Notes under the pieces: model-generated
What the model saw: only the letters and a program-made list of their open reading frames with translations
What the model was told of the DNA's origin: nothing
Databases searched by the model: none
Made by a program: the position numbers and the translations under genes
Shown here: positions 9,567-20,783 of the stretch, in pieces
Layout: each line of letters begins with the position of its first letter
Position numbering within the stretch: the first letter of the stretch is position 1
Assembly: GCA_008933495.1 (NCBI GenBank)
Contig: WBUW01000001.1
Span: forward strand, 1-33,116
Source of the DNA: Pseudorhodoplanes sp.
GTDB taxonomy: Bacteria > Pseudomonadota > Alphaproteobacteria > Rhizobiales > Xanthobacteraceae
Direction: 5' to 3'
DNA length: 33,116 nt

Positions 9567-11322
9567 TGACGCCTCCCAGGTAGGCCTCGATCACCATCGG
9601 ATCGCGCTGGATCTGTTGGGGCACGCCTTCGCTCAACTTTTCGCCAAAATTCATTACAACGACGCGATCGACCAGCCCCATCACGAAGTCCATGTCGTGT
9701 TCGACGAGCAGAATGCTGATGCCGCTGCCGCGCAGATCGCGCAGAAGTGCGGCTAACTTTTGCTTCTCGAGATGACGCAGCCCGGCGGCCGGCTCGTCCA
9801 GAAGCAGAAGCACGGGATCCGCGCACATCGCGCGGGCGATCTCGACGGCACGCTGCGATCCGAGCGAGAGGTTGCCGGCAAGGTCGAACATGTGGGCGGC
9901 CAGGCCCACCTGCTCGATCCGCATCCTCGCCTCCCACAACAGGCGCGCCTCGTCGGCGCGATCGAGCCTGAGCGAGGCGGAAATTACGCCGCCGCTGCCG
10001 CGCAGATGGGCGCCGAGCGCCACGTTGTCGAGCACGGTCATGCCGGGCAGAATATTGGCGTGCTGGAAGGTGCGGGCGACGCCGCGCCGGGCGATCTCGC
10101 GCGCCGGCAGCCGGTCGATCCGCTCGCCCCGAAAGCGGATCTCGCCGCTGTCCGCCGGCAGCACGCCGCTGATGAGATTGAACATCGTGGTCTTGCCGGC
10201 GCCATTCGGGCCGATCAGGCCAAGAATTTCGCCCGCATCCAGCTCGAACGACAGATCGCGCACCGCCGCCAGTGCTTCGAAACGCTTGTTCGCCTGGCAG
10301 ACATCGAGCATGCGTTCGCAATTCGCAGGCCGCGGCCGCTCGGGCAGCGACTCGGCCGCCGCCGGGGGTTTCGGGTGCTCGCCGGCGGGCAGCAGGCGCA
10401 CCAGGAACGGCAGCAATCCGTCGCGGGTGCGGTGCATCAGCAGGACGATCAGCAGCCCGAATACGACGATCTCGTAGTTGCCGCTGTGCTCGATCAGCTT
10501 CGGCAGAATGTCCTTGAGCCATTCCTTGAGCAGAGTGAGGACGCCGGCACCGACCACGGCACCCCAGACATGACTCGAGCCGCCGATCACGGCCATGAAC
10601 AGGTAATCGATCCCGGAATTGATATTGAATGGAGTGGGGTTCACGTAGCGCATGAAGTGCGCGTAGAGCCACCCGGACGTGCCGGCCAGGAGCGCGGCCA
10701 GCAAGAAGATGATGATCTTCAACCGGCTCGTGTCGACGCCCACGCTCTCGGCCATCGTCCCGCGCGACTTCAGGGCCCGGATCGCACGTCCGATGCGCGA
10801 ATCAAGCAGGTTACGCACCGCAAACAGCAAGCTGACGGCGACAAGCCAGATCGGATAATAGACCTCGCGCCCGTCGCTGAGCGGCTTATCGAACAGGTGA
10901 AGGGGTGGGATCTCGGCGATGCCGCTGTATTTCCCGAGCATCTCGAGATTGCCGAACACGAAGTAGATGGCAATGCCCCAGGCGATCGTGCCGAGCGGCA
11001 GAAAGTGGCCGGACAGACGCATCGTGATCGAGCCAAGGAACAGCGCGATGACGGCGATCAGCGCCAACCCGGCCGGGAGCGTGAGCCACGGCGAAATCCC
11101 GTATGAGGTGGTGAGTACCGCGCTGGTATATGCACCGATGCCGACAAACGCCGCCTGGCCAAATGAGGTGAGCCCGCCGACGCCGGTAAGGAGGACCAGT
11201 CCAAGCGTCACGATGCTGGCGAGTCCGATGTAGTTCATGAGGGCAATGTGGAATTCCGACAGCAGGAACGGTGCCGCCACGAGCAGCCCAAGCGCTGCGA
11301 GCCCGGCAACGTGCCGCGACAT
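9550..11322 (-). CDS. Fused Liv-type permease + ATPase (LivM-LivG-like)
   Basis: N-terminal TM domain ([13 protein letters not shown]) and C-terminal GPNGAGKTT / LLLDEPAAG / VEHDM. Confidence 0.93.
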   Translation of the reverse strand: MSRHVAGLAALGLLVAAPFLLSEFHIALMNYIGLASIVTLGLVLLTGVGGLTSFGQAAFVGIGAYTSAVLTTSYGISPWLTLPAGLALIAVIALFLGSITMRLSGHFLPLGTIAWGIAIYFVFGNLEMLGKYSGIAEIPPLHLFDKPLSDGREVYYPIWLVAVSLLFAVRNLLDSRIGRAIRALKSRGTMAESVGVDTSRLKIIIFLLAALLAGTSGWLYAHFMRYVNPTPFNINSGIDYLFMAVIGGSSHVWGAVVGAGVLTLLKEWLKDILPKLIEHSGNYEIVVFGLLIVLLMHRTRDGLLPFLVRLLPAGEHPKPPAAAESLPERPRPANCERMLDVCQANKRFEALAAVRDLSFELDAGEILGLIGPNGAGKTTMFNLISGVLPADSGEIRFRGERIDRLPAREIARRGVARTFQHANILPGMTVLDNVALGAHLRGSGGVISASLRLDRADEARLLWEARMRIEQVGLAAHMFDLAGNLSLGSQRAVEIARAMCADPVLLLLDEPAAGLRHLEKQKLAALLRDLRGSGISILLVEHDMDFVMGLVDRVVVMNFGEKLSEGVPQQIQRDPMVIEAYLGGVNELVA

Positions 11323-12362
11323 CACTCTTCCTCCTCATCGACATGGCGCGCGGTGAGCGATCGCCACAGCAGAACGGGAATGATCAGGGTGAATACGATC
11401 GACTCCTTGAATGCGCTCCACCAGAATGAGGAGAAGGACTCGAGAAATCCGACCAGCAGCGCCCCCGCCGCGGCCACCGGATAGCTGACCATGCCGCCGA
11501 TGATCGCCCCGACGAAGCCTTTGAGGCTGATGATAAAGCCGGTGTCGTAATAGATCGTGGTGATGGGTGAGATCAGGATTCCGGCGATCGCCCCGATCAG
11601 GGCGGCGAGCGTGAAGCTGAGCGATCCTGCGAACGCCGCCGATATGCCGACGAGCCGCGCGCCGACGCGGTTGATCGCGGTCGCACGCAGCGCCTTGCCA
11701 TAGAGCGTATGCTCGAACAACAGCCAGAGCGTGAAGATCAGCACGATGCTGGAAAAGATCACCCACAGGCTCTGCGCCGTGATGTTGAGCACGCCGACGT
11801 GGAGCGAAAAGTCGGACAGGGGAGGCGAACGCAATCCCTCACCGCCGAAGAACACCAGTCCAAGTCCGGTCAACAGATAGTGGACGGCGACGGCGATGAT
11901 CAGAAGCACGAGAACCGACATTCCGGCGAGCGGCTGAAACGCCAGGCGATAGATGATCGGACCGAACGGCGTCACGATCGCAAGCGTGACGAGCATTTGA
12001 AGCCACAGATTGTCGGGACGCAGCGCCGCAAGCGACGCCGCGCCGGCGACCGCCGCAGGCAAGCCGATATTGAGGATCACGATGCCGATCAGCCGCCGGG
12101 GTTGCGCCGCCCGAATCGCAGCCACGCCGTCAATAAGCGCTACCAGCGCACCACCCGCCATCAGGAGGTAGACGGTGCCCGGCACTTTGCCGGCCTGCAG
12201 GGTGGCAAGCGAGAGCGCCGCGAAGGAGATAAACTCGCCCTGGGGGACGAAAATCACGCGGGTCACCGTGTAGACAAGCACGAGCGCGAGCGCAAGCAAT
12301 GCATACACGGCGCCGTTGGTTATGGCGTCCTGCGTCAGCCAGAGAGCGATATCGATCGTCAT
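11322..12362 (-). CDS. Liv-type ABC permease (LivH-like)
   Basis: [14 protein letters not shown]...[20 protein letters not shown]; highly hydrophobic. Confidence 0.93.
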   Translation of the reverse strand: MTIDIALWLTQDAITNGAVYALLALALVLVYTVTRVIFVPQGEFISFAALSLATLQAGKVPGTVYLLMAGGALVALIDGVAAIRAAQPRRLIGIVILNIGLPAAVAGAASLAALRPDNLWLQMLVTLAIVTPFGPIIYRLAFQPLAGMSVLVLLIIAVAVHYLLTGLGLVFFGGEGLRSPPLSDFSLHVGVLNITAQSLWVIFSSIVLIFTLWLLFEHTLYGKALRATAINRVGARLVGISAAFAGSLSFTLAALIGAIAGILISPITTIYYDTGFIISLKGFVGAIIGGMVSYPVAAAGALLVGFLESFSSFWWSAFKESIVFTLIIPVLLWRSLTARHVDEEEE

Positions 12363-12378
12363 GACAGCGGTCGCGTGC

Positions 12379-12407
12379 CGGAAGGAGGCGGACCGCGCCT
12401 CCTTCCG
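12379..12407 (-). terminator. 12-bp perfect stem-loop between binding-protein gene and permease (mRNA stabiliser or partial terminator)
   Basis: CGGAAGGAGGCG-gaccg-CGCCTCCTTCCG; no U-tract. Confidence 0.65.
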
Positions 12408-12423
12408 TTGCTCCGTGGCCTTC

Positions 12424-13563
12424 CTACTTCATCAGACGCCAAGCTCCCTCTTTCACCTGCACGAGCACGCGTGCGCGATTGTCGAGACCGGTGTGGTCCT
12501 TGGCGGTTATGTTGTAGATGCCGTGCGCTCCGACCACGTTCTTGGCGGACTCGATGGCGTCGCGCAGCGCCGATCGGAATTCCGGCGTTCCCGGCTTGGC
12601 TTTCGCCATGGCGCCAGGCACGCCCGCATTCAAAAGCAGGAAGCCGTCATAGCTGTAACCGGCGAAGGCGTTGCGACTGCCCGCTCCGAACGTCTGTTCG
12701 TAGCGCTGGATAAACTCGCTTGCCACCTTCTTGATCGGGTTGTCGGCGGACAATTCCTCCGGAACGATCAGCGGCCCGGTCGGCGCGATGGCGCCCTCGA
12801 CAGCCTTGGCGCCGACCTTGATGAATTCGCGATTCACGGTTCCATGGTTGTGGTAGATTTGTTTTTTATAGCCGCGCTCGACCAGCCCAACATGGGGCAG
12901 GGCGCCGCCCGTGCCTGAGCCGCCGACCACGACGGCGTCGGGGTTCGCCGCCAGAACCTTGATCACCTGTCCGGTCACGCTGGTGTCGGCGCGCGCATAA
13001 CGCTCGTTCGTCACGACCTTGATGCCCGCGGGATTTGCGTGCTGTTCCAGCGCTTTCAGCACGAGGTCGCCCCATGAGTCCGAGAAACCGACATAGCCGA
13101 CGGTTTTCACGCCAGTCGTCTTCATGTGCTCGACGACGGCGCTCATCATGAGCGGGACCGGCTGCGGCACGACGAATATCCACGCCAGCTTGTCGGGCGG
13201 CAACGCCACCGGCGAAAGTGCGATCATCGGCGTCTTGGCTTCGGACGCGATCTGCGCCACCTGCGTCGTGGAGGGAACCGAAACCGATCCCATGATCACG
13301 TCGACCTTGTCTTCGGCGATCAGCTTGCGCGCGTTCTTTGCCGCATTGGCCGGATCGGTCGCATCTTCAAGGATTATGTATTTGACGGGATGGCCGCCCA
13401 GAGTCTTCGGAAAGAGCTGGAAGGCGTTCTTGTAATGAATGCCGAGCGAAGCGCCCGGGCCGGTTGCGCCGAGCGTAACGCCGACGGTGATTTCCTGTGC
13501 CGACGCGCCGCAGCCGAGCGAGGCGAGCAGGGCGGATGCCAGCAGTAAACTGTGTTTCAGCAT
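12424..13563 (-). CDS. Periplasmic substrate-binding protein, LivK/aromatic-acid type (IaaM-like by position)
   Basis: Signal peptide MLKHSLLLASALLASLGCGASA; TGPGASLG, ERYARADTSV; AGGAGG SD before ATG 13563. Confidence 0.9.
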   Translation of the reverse strand: MLKHSLLLASALLASLGCGASAQEITVGVTLGATGPGASLGIHYKNAFQLFPKTLGGHPVKYIILEDATDPANAAKNARKLIAEDKVDVIMGSVSVPSTTQVAQIASEAKTPMIALSPVALPPDKLAWIFVVPQPVPLMMSAVVEHMKTTGVKTVGYVGFSDSWGDLVLKALEQHANPAGIKVVTNERYARADTSVTGQVIKVLAANPDAVVVGGSGTGGALPHVGLVERGYKKQIYHNHGTVNREFIKVGAKAVEGAIAPTGPLIVPEELSADNPIKKVASEFIQRYEQTFGAGSRNAFAGYSYDGFLLLNAGVPGAMAKAKPGTPEFRSALRDAIESAKNVVGAHGIYNITAKDHTGLDNRARVLVQVKEGAWRLMK

Positions 13564-13699
13564 GGTCAATTTCCTCCTTGTGGATTGCGCTGCATCGTTC
13601 GGTGCGATGCATTTCTTTGTTTCAGGACCCCCGCGCGGATGCGTGGAGGGAGTATCGGCTTCCGTCACAATAGCGTGGCCGGAAGCGCAATCACGCCGC

Positions 13700-14248
13700 T
13701 CATGGCGGATCGTGACCGGAAATCGGCAGCCGTGCGGGTTTGGCTGTCTGGGGACGCACGACAAACCGGCAGAGGTCGCCTCCGGCGGCGACGCACGAGA
13801 TTTCCTCCGCGTCCGCCGGCCGTCCGAAAATCGTCCCGGCAACCGCGCGCAGCATGCCGGCAATCGCCGCGCAGACGGGTTCGTGCGTGTGCCCGGCGCC
13901 GGCCGCGAACGGGCTGTTCGCAACGTCGAGACGGAGTTCGTCGCTGGCCGCGCGCTCGAAGCGCCAACGGCCCCAGCCAAGCTGCGCCGCCGTTTCCGCA
14001 ATCACCGCCAGCAGCGCCTCGGCCGCCGCCGCCGTCAAGCAATAGCTTTCGACCGAGCGGCGACCGTTGCTCGCCACCGACTCGGCGAATGCGGCAAGCG
14101 CCGTCTGCCGTGTTGCCGCAGGCAGCAGGCGAAACATGCCCATCAACGAATCGTGGCGGATCATCAGGTAGCGCGCGTCGCCGTCGCGCCATTCGCCGCG
14201 CTGCTCGTCAAGCGCCAGCCGGGCCTTGAATGATGCCGCCGCGTTCAT
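13700..14248 (-). CDS. Stand-alone V4R (4-vinyl reductase) domain protein
   Basis: LGWG, NSPFA, PVC...G...[16 protein letters not shown] motifs; 4-bp overlap with upstream gene. Confidence 0.82.
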   Translation of the reverse strand: MNAAASFKARLALDEQRGEWRDGDARYLMIRHDSLMGMFRLLPAATRQTALAAFAESVASNGRRSVESYCLTAAAAEALLAVIAETAAQLGWGRWRFERAASDELRLDVANSPFAAGAGHTHEPVCAAIAGMLRAVAGTIFGRPADAEEISCVAAGGDLCRFVVRPQTAKPARLPISGHDPP

Positions 14249-15435
14249 GCTACGGCCCCGATTGCGGCGAGTGCGTCGATCTCGGCGGCCGGATATCCCG
14301 CTTCGGCCAGAATCCGGCGCGTGTCGCTGCCGTATTTCGGCGCGAATGGCAGTTCGCGCCGCGTGCCCGCCCCATCGACCGCCATCGGTTGCATGTGAAT
14401 GATGCGGCCATCGGGCATCGCCGTGCGCGTCAGCTTGTCGGCGAGCTGGGGCAGATCGCGCACCTGCCTGACGTTGAGGATGCGGGTGGCCGGGATGGTG
14501 GCGGCGCGCAAGTCCGCCAGGATTTCGTCGATCGCGTAGTGAACCGTTACCGCTGCCATGTCACGGTGGATCGCTTCGCGCTCGACATGGCGACCTTCGT
14601 TAGTCGAGCGGATGTCGTTGCCGAGGCATGCGAACTTCGCCAGCTCGGTCAGCCGTTTCCATTGCGCATCGCTGCCGATCGCCAGGTAGACGAAGCCGTC
14701 CTTGGCCGGATACACGTTGGTGGGAATGAACTTGCGATGCTCGTTGCCGGCGCGTGTGATCTCCGCCGCCGCGCAGCCGAAGTCGATCAGCGGCAGCACC
14801 GTGATCAGCCAGGAGGCGGCCGCCTGCAGCATGGAAACATGGATCGCCTTGCCGCGCTGCGTTTCATGACGCTCGAGCAGCGCGAGCAAGACGCCGGCAT
14901 AGACTTCGTCGCCAGCCTTCAGATCGATCACCGGCAATCCCATGACCGTCGGAGATCCCTTCGGATCGCCGGTGACTTCCATGTAGCCGCACATCGCCTG
15001 GATCACCGGATCGTAGCCGGGAGCCTCGGGATGATCGGGACCCATGGCGGAAATGCCGGCCCAGATCAGGTCCGGCTTGACCGCCGACAGCGCGGCGTAA
15101 TCGATGCCGAGCGAGTGGTAGCGCGACGGCACCGTGTTGCAGCAGAAGACGTCGACGTCGAGCGCCTTGATCAGCCGGCGCAGCACCTCTTGCCCGCGCC
15201 GATCCTTCAGGTTGAGGGCAATCGCCTCCTTGCCGACATTGGGCGCGATGAAATAGCTCCGCCGGTCGTCGTCGGCGACCCGGCTGCCGATGTAGCGGTT
15301 CGGGTCGCCAGGCAGGCTGTTGCCGACCGGTGCCGCCTCGATGCGGATCACCCGCCACCCGAGCTGCGCGAAGCGCAGCGTTGCGGACGGCAGCGAGAGG
15401 GCCTGCTCCATGCTGAGTACGGTGCAACGAGTCAC
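14245..15435 (-). CDS. iaaL: Family III (CaiB/BaiF) CoA transferase; putative arylsuccinate CoA transferase
   Basis: VIRIE...[27 protein letters not shown], catalytic-Asp region PVIDLKAG; symbol from synteny with iaa cluster. Confidence 0.8.
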   Translation of the reverse strand: MTRCTVLSMEQALSLPSATLRFAQLGWRVIRIEAAPVGNSLPGDPNRYIGSRVADDDRRSYFIAPNVGKEAIALNLKDRRGQEVLRRLIKALDVDVFCCNTVPSRYHSLGIDYAALSAVKPDLIWAGISAMGPDHPEAPGYDPVIQAMCGYMEVTGDPKGSPTVMGLPVIDLKAGDEVYAGVLLALLERHETQRGKAIHVSMLQAAASWLITVLPLIDFGCAAAEITRAGNEHRKFIPTNVYPAKDGFVYLAIGSDAQWKRLTELAKFACLGNDIRSTNEGRHVEREAIHRDMAAVTVHYAIDEILADLRAATIPATRILNVRQVRDLPQLADKLTRTAMPDGRIIHMQPMAVDGAGTRRELPFAPKYGSDTRRILAEAGYPAAEIDALAAIGAVA

Positions 15436-17819
15436 GACGCAACCCTCCAGACCGGCGGTTGCGCCTGCCCCTTGAGCGCGCGATAGACATTTTCCGGCGT
15501 GAACGGCAAGGCATAGAGCCTGACGCCGGTGGCGTTATAGATCGCATTGGCGACCGCAGCCGCAACGCAGATGGCTGGCGCTTCGCCGACGCCCTTGGCG
15601 CCTTGCGGACCTTCGCCGTCCATCGTCTCGATGAAGGAAATGTCGATCGCCGGGATCTCCGGCGCCGTGACAAGCTTGTAGTCGCGGAAGCTCGGATTGC
15701 GCACGACGCCGTTCTCGACGATCAGGTTCTCCGTCGTGGCATAGCCCTGTCCCATGACGATGCCGCCCTCGATCTGACCCTCGATACCGAGGCGATTGAG
15801 CACGCGCCCGACATCGTGCGCGCCGGTGATGCGGAGCAGCCGCACGATGCCGGTCATCGTGTCGACCTCGACCTCGGCAACCTGCGTCGCCCAGGCATAG
15901 GCGGCGGACACGTCGCCTTTGAATTCACGATCCTGATGCTGGCTCGGCGGCTCGTAATAGTGGGTCGTCATCACCAGCTCCGCCTTGTCGGAGAAATGGA
16001 GTGAGCGGATGAGCTTGCCAATCTCGATGAATCTGTTGCCGCTGCCGGTCTCGACGACACAGCCGGCGCGCAGACCGAGCCGCTCGACGGGCAGCTCCAG
16101 TTTTGCCGCGGCCGCGGCAAGAATCTTTGCCTTGGCCTTGCGCGCCGCGCCGATCGCCGAATTGCCGGCAACGAAGGTGGTGCGCGACGCGTGCACCCCC
16201 ACGTCCCACGGCGTGATGTCGGTGTCGTTGTTGACCACGGTCACCGCAGACAGAGGCAGCCCGAGCTCCTCGCAGACGAGCTGCGCCAGCACGGTTTCCG
16301 AGCCTTGACCGATCTCCGAGGCGCCGGTGATGAGGGTCAGGTGGGCGAAGTCATCGATCTTGAGGATGGTGCCGCAGCCGTCGGACGGATAGATTTTCGC
16401 GCCGCCGCCGACATGCAGCATCGAGGCCATGCCGACGCCCCGCTTGAGCGGATTGCTGTCATGCCATTTGGCCCGATATTCATTGTGTTTGCGTCGGAAA
16501 TCGCTGCGCAGCGCGGCGGTCTCAAGACACTGCTTGAAGCCGCAAGACTTGAAATGCATCCCTTGTGGCGTGATTTCGCCCGGTTCCTGCGCGTTCCGAA
16601 GACGGAACGTGACGGGATCCATGCCGACTGCCTCGGCGAGCTTGTCCATATGCGCTTCCACCGCGAACGTGGCCTGCAGGTTGCCGTAGCCGCGGAAGGA
16701 GCCGGCATAGGGATTATTGGTGTACACCGCTCGCGTGCGATATTGGCAGTGCGGCACGCGGTAGAGCGACGAGATCGTCTGCATCATCACGAACGGGGTC
16801 GTCGCGCCCCACGACGTATAGGCGCCGTTGTCGTGCAACGTGTCGACGGTGCGGAAGGTCAGCGTGCCGTCGCGCTTGCAGCCGGAGCGGAGCTTGAGCA
16901 GGACCGGCTGGCGCGTCGGCGAGGCGAGAAATTCCTCTTCGCGCGTGAAGATCAGCTTGACCGGCCGTTGCGTGATCTTGGCCAGGAAGATCGCGATCGG
17001 TTCGAACGGGTAGATGTCGAGTTTCGAGCCGAAGCCGCCGCCGATCGGCGGTTGGATCACGCGGATGCGGCCCGGGTCAATGCCGAGAAGTTCGGCGAAC
17101 TCGCGCTTGTGCAGGAACGGCACCTGCGTATTTGAATAGAGCCGCAGATTGTCGTCGGCGTCGAATTCGGCGATTACGCCGGAGACGCCCATGCAGCAGT
17201 GCGTAACGTAGTGCAGCCAGAAAACATCTTCCACGACGGTGTCGGATTCCGCCTCGCCTCGCGCCACATCGCCTTGTGCGTAGTTGAATGTCATGGCGAC
17301 GTTGTCGGGCGAGGGCGCGTGCAGCACCTCGCGGCGGCCGTCGGGTGCCGTCCATGTCAGCTCCTCGCCGTGCAGAAGCGGCGCCCCGGGCCGCAGGGCA
17401 TCCTCGGCGCTGGTGACGACAGGAAGCGGGTCGTATGTGACCTTGATCAGCCGGAGCGCAGCTTCGGCAATCTCCGCGCTGTCGGCCGCGACGGCGGCGA
17501 TCTCGTCGCGCGGGCTGCGCACGCGATCGGTCTTGAGCGGCAGATGATCCTTGGCGACGCCAATCGGCCGCTGCCACGGGACGTCGGCCGCGGTAATCAC
17601 CGCGTGCACGCCCGGCAGCGCCTTGGCCGCGCTGGTGTCGATCGAAACAATCCGGGCATGGACGACGCCGGCACGCAATATCTTGGCATGAAGCTGGCCC
17701 GGCAGATTAATGTCGTGAATGTAGCGGGTCCTGCCGCTCGCCTTCTCTGGCGCGTCCATCTTGGGAACGCGCTTGCCGATCAGCGTTTCGCCGCGCGCGA
17801 TGTCCACCGCTGCACCCAT
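15432..17819 (-). CDS. iaaK: Xanthine-oxidase-family molybdopterin-binding large subunit; putative indoleacetate(-CoA) 2-hydroxylase
   Basis: [31 protein letters not shown] motifs; symbol from synteny. Confidence 0.82.
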   Translation of the reverse strand: MGAAVDIARGETLIGKRVPKMDAPEKASGRTRYIHDINLPGQLHAKILRAGVVHARIVSIDTSAAKALPGVHAVITAADVPWQRPIGVAKDHLPLKTDRVRSPRDEIAAVAADSAEIAEAALRLIKVTYDPLPVVTSAEDALRPGAPLLHGEELTWTAPDGRREVLHAPSPDNVAMTFNYAQGDVARGEAESDTVVEDVFWLHYVTHCCMGVSGVIAEFDADDNLRLYSNTQVPFLHKREFAELLGIDPGRIRVIQPPIGGGFGSKLDIYPFEPIAIFLAKITQRPVKLIFTREEEFLASPTRQPVLLKLRSGCKRDGTLTFRTVDTLHDNGAYTSWGATTPFVMMQTISSLYRVPHCQYRTRAVYTNNPYAGSFRGYGNLQATFAVEAHMDKLAEAVGMDPVTFRLRNAQEPGEITPQGMHFKSCGFKQCLETAALRSDFRRKHNEYRAKWHDSNPLKRGVGMASMLHVGGGAKIYPSDGCGTILKIDDFAHLTLITGASEIGQGSETVLAQLVCEELGLPLSAVTVVNNDTDITPWDVGVHASRTTFVAGNSAIGAARKAKAKILAAAAAKLELPVERLGLRAGCVVETGSGNRFIEIGKLIRSLHFSDKAELVMTTHYYEPPSQHQDREFKGDVSAAYAWATQVAEVEVDTMTGIVRLLRITGAHDVGRVLNRLGIEGQIEGGIVMGQGYATTENLIVENGVVRNPSFRDYKLVTAPEIPAIDISFIETMDGEGPQGAKGVGEAPAICVAAAVANAIYNATGVRLYALPFTPENVYRALKGQAQPPVWRVAS

Positions 17820-17820
17820 G

Positions 17821-18309
17821 TCAGGCTCCCTGTTCCGTGTCGGCGGTCACGCATGCCTCGGCGATTGAATCGATGATCTTCACGTAGCCGGTGCAGCGGC
17901 ACAAGTTGCCTTCGATCGCGCGCTGGAGATCGGCGCGCTCACAACCCTTGTGCTTTCGCAGCACATGTTGCGCCTGCATCATGATGCCCGGCGTGCAGAA
18001 CCCGCATTGCACGGCGCCATTCCTGGCGAAGCTTGCCCTGAGCACCTCGCCGACCGGGCTTGCCACAAGTCCCTCGATGGTCAGCAGCTCGCGCCCGTCG
18101 CAGTCGGCCGCGAACATCAGGCACGAATTGACCGTCACGCCATCCACGCTGATGGTGCAGGCGCCGCACTCGCCCTCGCCACAGGCGTATTTGGTGCCGG
18201 TGAGATCGAGCCGCTCGCGCAGCATTTCGAGCGTGCTCATGCCGGCCGGCACCGTCACTTCGGTGTCGACGCCATTGAGCCTGAATCGGATGTCAACGGT
18301 CGCGGACAT
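17821..18309 (-). CDS. iaaJ: 2x[2Fe-2S] subunit of molybdoenzyme
   Basis: ACGEGECGAC, QCGFCTPG, LCRCTGY. Confidence 0.82.
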   Translation of the reverse strand: MSATVDIRFRLNGVDTEVTVPAGMSTLEMLRERLDLTGTKYACGEGECGACTISVDGVTVNSCLMFAADCDGRELLTIEGLVASPVGEVLRASFARNGAVQCGFCTPGIMMQAQHVLRKHKGCERADLQRAIEGNLCRCTGYVKIIDSIAEACVTADTEQGA

Positions 18310-19159
18310 GGGCCAGCACCCTCGTGAACATGTTTCTCACCATTTCGCGCCGGTACCAGTCGGAGGCGCGCACGTCGCTGATCGGATGGATTTCCGCCTC
18401 GGCGGCTGCGGCGGCAACGGCGATGACGCCATCGTCGAGCGCTTTGCCCTCGAGCGCCGCCTCGGCCGCCGGCGCCCGAATCGGCCGCGGCGCGACCGCG
18501 CCGAAGGCGACGCGAACGTCGTGCAGCGCGTTTCCCGCACGCCGCGCTGCAAGCCCGACCGAGATTAATGAAATGTCGAGCGCGGGCCGCGTCCCGAACT
18601 TGAAGAACGAGCTGATGAAATGCCGGGGCGGCAATGCAAGCACGATACCGGAGAGAATCTCGGTGGCGGCACGTGCGGTCTGTCCCGGCCCAAGCAGGAA
18701 GTCCGCGATCGGCACCGCACGCGTTGCGAGCGTGCCATTCGATTTGCTCGCGAGCTCCACCTGCGCATCGAGAACGAGAAGAGGCACGAGCGTGTCGCCG
18801 GCCGGCGAAGCGTTGCAGATGTTGCCGCCAATGGTCGCGGCGTTGCGTATCTGGTCGCTGGCGAAGCGATCGCAGGCCTGCCACAGCGCCTGCAGGCGCT
18901 CGCGCACAAGGACCGAGTCGCGCAGCTCGCTGATCGTGGTGAGCGCGCCGATCCGCACGTTGCCGGCCGCTTCAGAGATGCCGCGCAATTCCGCAACACG
19001 CCGGATACTCATCAGCGTCGGCCGCAATTGCGTGCGGCCGTTGCGGCTCTGCGGCATCAGGTCGGTTCCGCCGGCGAGCAGGGTGACATTGCCCGCGCGC
19101 AACAGCTCGGCAGCCTCATCGAGTGAGCGCGGCGCAACGTAATTGCTGATGCCAGACAT
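18293..19159 (-). CDS. iaaI: FAD-binding subunit of molybdoenzyme
   Basis: LAGGTDL, QIRNAATIGGN, ASPAGD, ISDVRASDWYR; no Cys-rich [4Fe-4S] insertion. Confidence 0.82.
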   Translation of the reverse strand: MSGISNYVAPRSLDEAAELLRAGNVTLLAGGTDLMPQSRNGRTQLRPTLMSIRRVAELRGISEAAGNVRIGALTTISELRDSVLVRERLQALWQACDRFASDQIRNAATIGGNICNASPAGDTLVPLLVLDAQVELASKSNGTLATRAVPIADFLLGPGQTARAATEILSGIVLALPPRHFISSFFKFGTRPALDISLISVGLAARRAGNALHDVRVAFGAVAPRPIRAPAAEAALEGKALDDGVIAVAAAAAEAEIHPISDVRASDWYRREMVRNMFTRVLAHVRDR

Positions 19160-19169
19160 CCATCAACCT

Positions 19170-20783
19170 CTAGAACTTCACCGGTTCGCGGTAGCGCCCG
19201 TACACCGCCGCAAGTTCCGTGGTGATCTCTCCGACTGACGCATAAGCGTTCACCGCCTCGACGACGGCGGGCATGACATTGCGGCCGGCCCGAGCGTCGT
19301 CGCGCAGGCGCGCAAGCGTGTCGCGGACGTGTGCCGCGTCGCGGCTGCGCCGGGTTGCCTCGAGAGCCGCGATCTGCCGGCGGCAGTCCTCCTCGTCATA
19401 GGGATGCATCTCAACATCGACCTCCTCGCTCTGCTCGGCGCGGTAGCAATTGACGCCCAGCTTGGGGAATTCGCCGGATTCGATCGCGCGCTGCATGTGG
19501 TAGGCCTGTGCGGAGACCTGAGCCTGGATGCTGCCTTCGGCGATCAGCTTCTTGATGCCGCCCTGCGCCGCGACATCGGCCATGATCTCTTCCATGTTCC
19601 GGCGCATCTGGTTGGTCAGCGTCTCGACGTACCAGGAGCCGCCGAGCGGATCGACGGTATCGGCGAGCCCCATTTCGGTGATGAGCAGCTGCATGGTGCG
19701 CAGCGAGATGCGCTGGGCGTATTCGCTCGGAATGGTGTAGGCCTCATCGAAGCAGCACAGCGCCGTGGTCTGCGCACCAGCGAGTGCCGCAATGAGCGCG
19801 TAATAGGCGCCGCGAACAATATTGACCTCGGGCTGCTCGAAGGTGAGTCCGCCGCCGCCGCCGCCCGCAATCATGCGCAGCCACAGTGATTCCGGCTTCT
19901 TGGCGCCGTATTCGTCCCTGACGATCCTGGCCCAGAGGCCGCGGCCGGCGCGGAACTTGCACACCTGTTCGAAGATGTTGCCGAAGACGTTGAAATTGAA
20001 CGACAGCCGGCCGGCAAACTCGTCGACGTCGACGCCGCGCGCAATCACCTCGTCGGCATAGGCTTTGGCGATGCAGAAGCCGTAGGCCATTTCCTGCACC
20101 GGGTTCGCGCCCGATTCACGAATGTGATAGCCACATACCGAAACCGGGCTGTATTTCGGCGCCTGCTGCGCGCAATACTCGATGGTGTCGCCGACGAGTT
20201 TGACCGATGCTTCGACCGGATAGATCCAGGTTCCGCGTCCGATGAATTCCTTGAGAATGTCGTTTTGCGCCGTGCCACGCAGGTTGCGCACGTCATAGCC
20301 GCGCTTCTGCGCCATGGCGAGATACATGGCGATGAGCTGCGGCGCGGCGCCGTTGATGGTGAGCGAGACCGTGATCTTGTCGAGATCTATCCCGTCGAAG
20401 GCGATTTCGACGTCTCGCAAGGTATCGACCGCCATGCCGACGCGGCCGACCTCTCCATGCGCAAGCGGATCGTCGGAATCGAGCCCGCATTGGGTCGGCA
20501 GGTCGAAAGCGACGTTGAGCCCGGTCTGGCCGTTGGCGATCAGAAACTTGAACCGGGCATTGGTGTCCTGCGCGTTGCCGAAGCCGGTATATTGCCGCAT
20601 CGTATAGGGCCGATGCCGGTACATCAGCGGATGGATGCCGCGCACGAACGGGTAGGCGCCAGGCTCGCCGATGAACGAGAAGCCGCCGCTTTGCTCTACG
20701 TCGGCGGGCGTATAGACCGGCTTGATCTCGATGCCGGATTCGTTGACCACCCGGCGCATGTTCGAACGACGCTCGCCGCTCAT
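19170..20783 (-). CDS. iaaH: Adenosylcobalamin-dependent acyl-CoA mutase, substrate-binding large subunit
   Basis: PGAYPFVRG, TMRQYTGFG, AFDLPTQ, QNDILKEF, GYHIRESGA, VDPLGGSWYVE; ATG 20783 overlaps upstream stop (ATGA). Confidence 0.85.
   Translation of the reverse strand: MSGERRSNMRRVVNESGIEIKPVYTPADVEQSGGFSFIGEPGAYPFVRGIHPLMYRHRPYTMRQYTGFGNAQDTNARFKFLIANGQTGLNVAFDLPTQCGLDSDDPLAHGEVGRVGMAVDTLRDVEIAFDGIDLDKITVSLTINGAAPQLIAMYLAMAQKRGYDVRNLRGTAQNDILKEFIGRGTWIYPVEASVKLVGDTIEYCAQQAPKYSPVSVCGYHIRESGANPVQEMAYGFCIAKAYADEVIARGVDVDEFAGRLSFNFNVFGNIFEQVCKFRAGRGLWARIVRDEYGAKKPESLWLRMIAGGGGGGLTFEQPEVNIVRGAYYALIAALAGAQTTALCCFDEAYTIPSEYAQRISLRTMQLLITEMGLADTVDPLGGSWYVETLTNQMRRNMEEIMADVAAQGGIKKLIAEGSIQAQVSAQAYHMQRAIESGEFPKLGVNCYRAEQSEEVDVEMHPYDEEDCRRQIAALEATRRSRDAAHVRDTLARLRDDARAGRNVMPAVVEAVNAYASVGEITTELAAVYGRYREPVKF

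Noticed and set aside
15432-17819. Aerobic CO dehydrogenase CoxL or 4-hydroxybenzoyl-CoA reductase
   Set aside because: Active-site loop is GVHASR, not AYxCSFR or AYRGAGR; the partner FAD subunit is 288 aa with no [4Fe-4S] insertion
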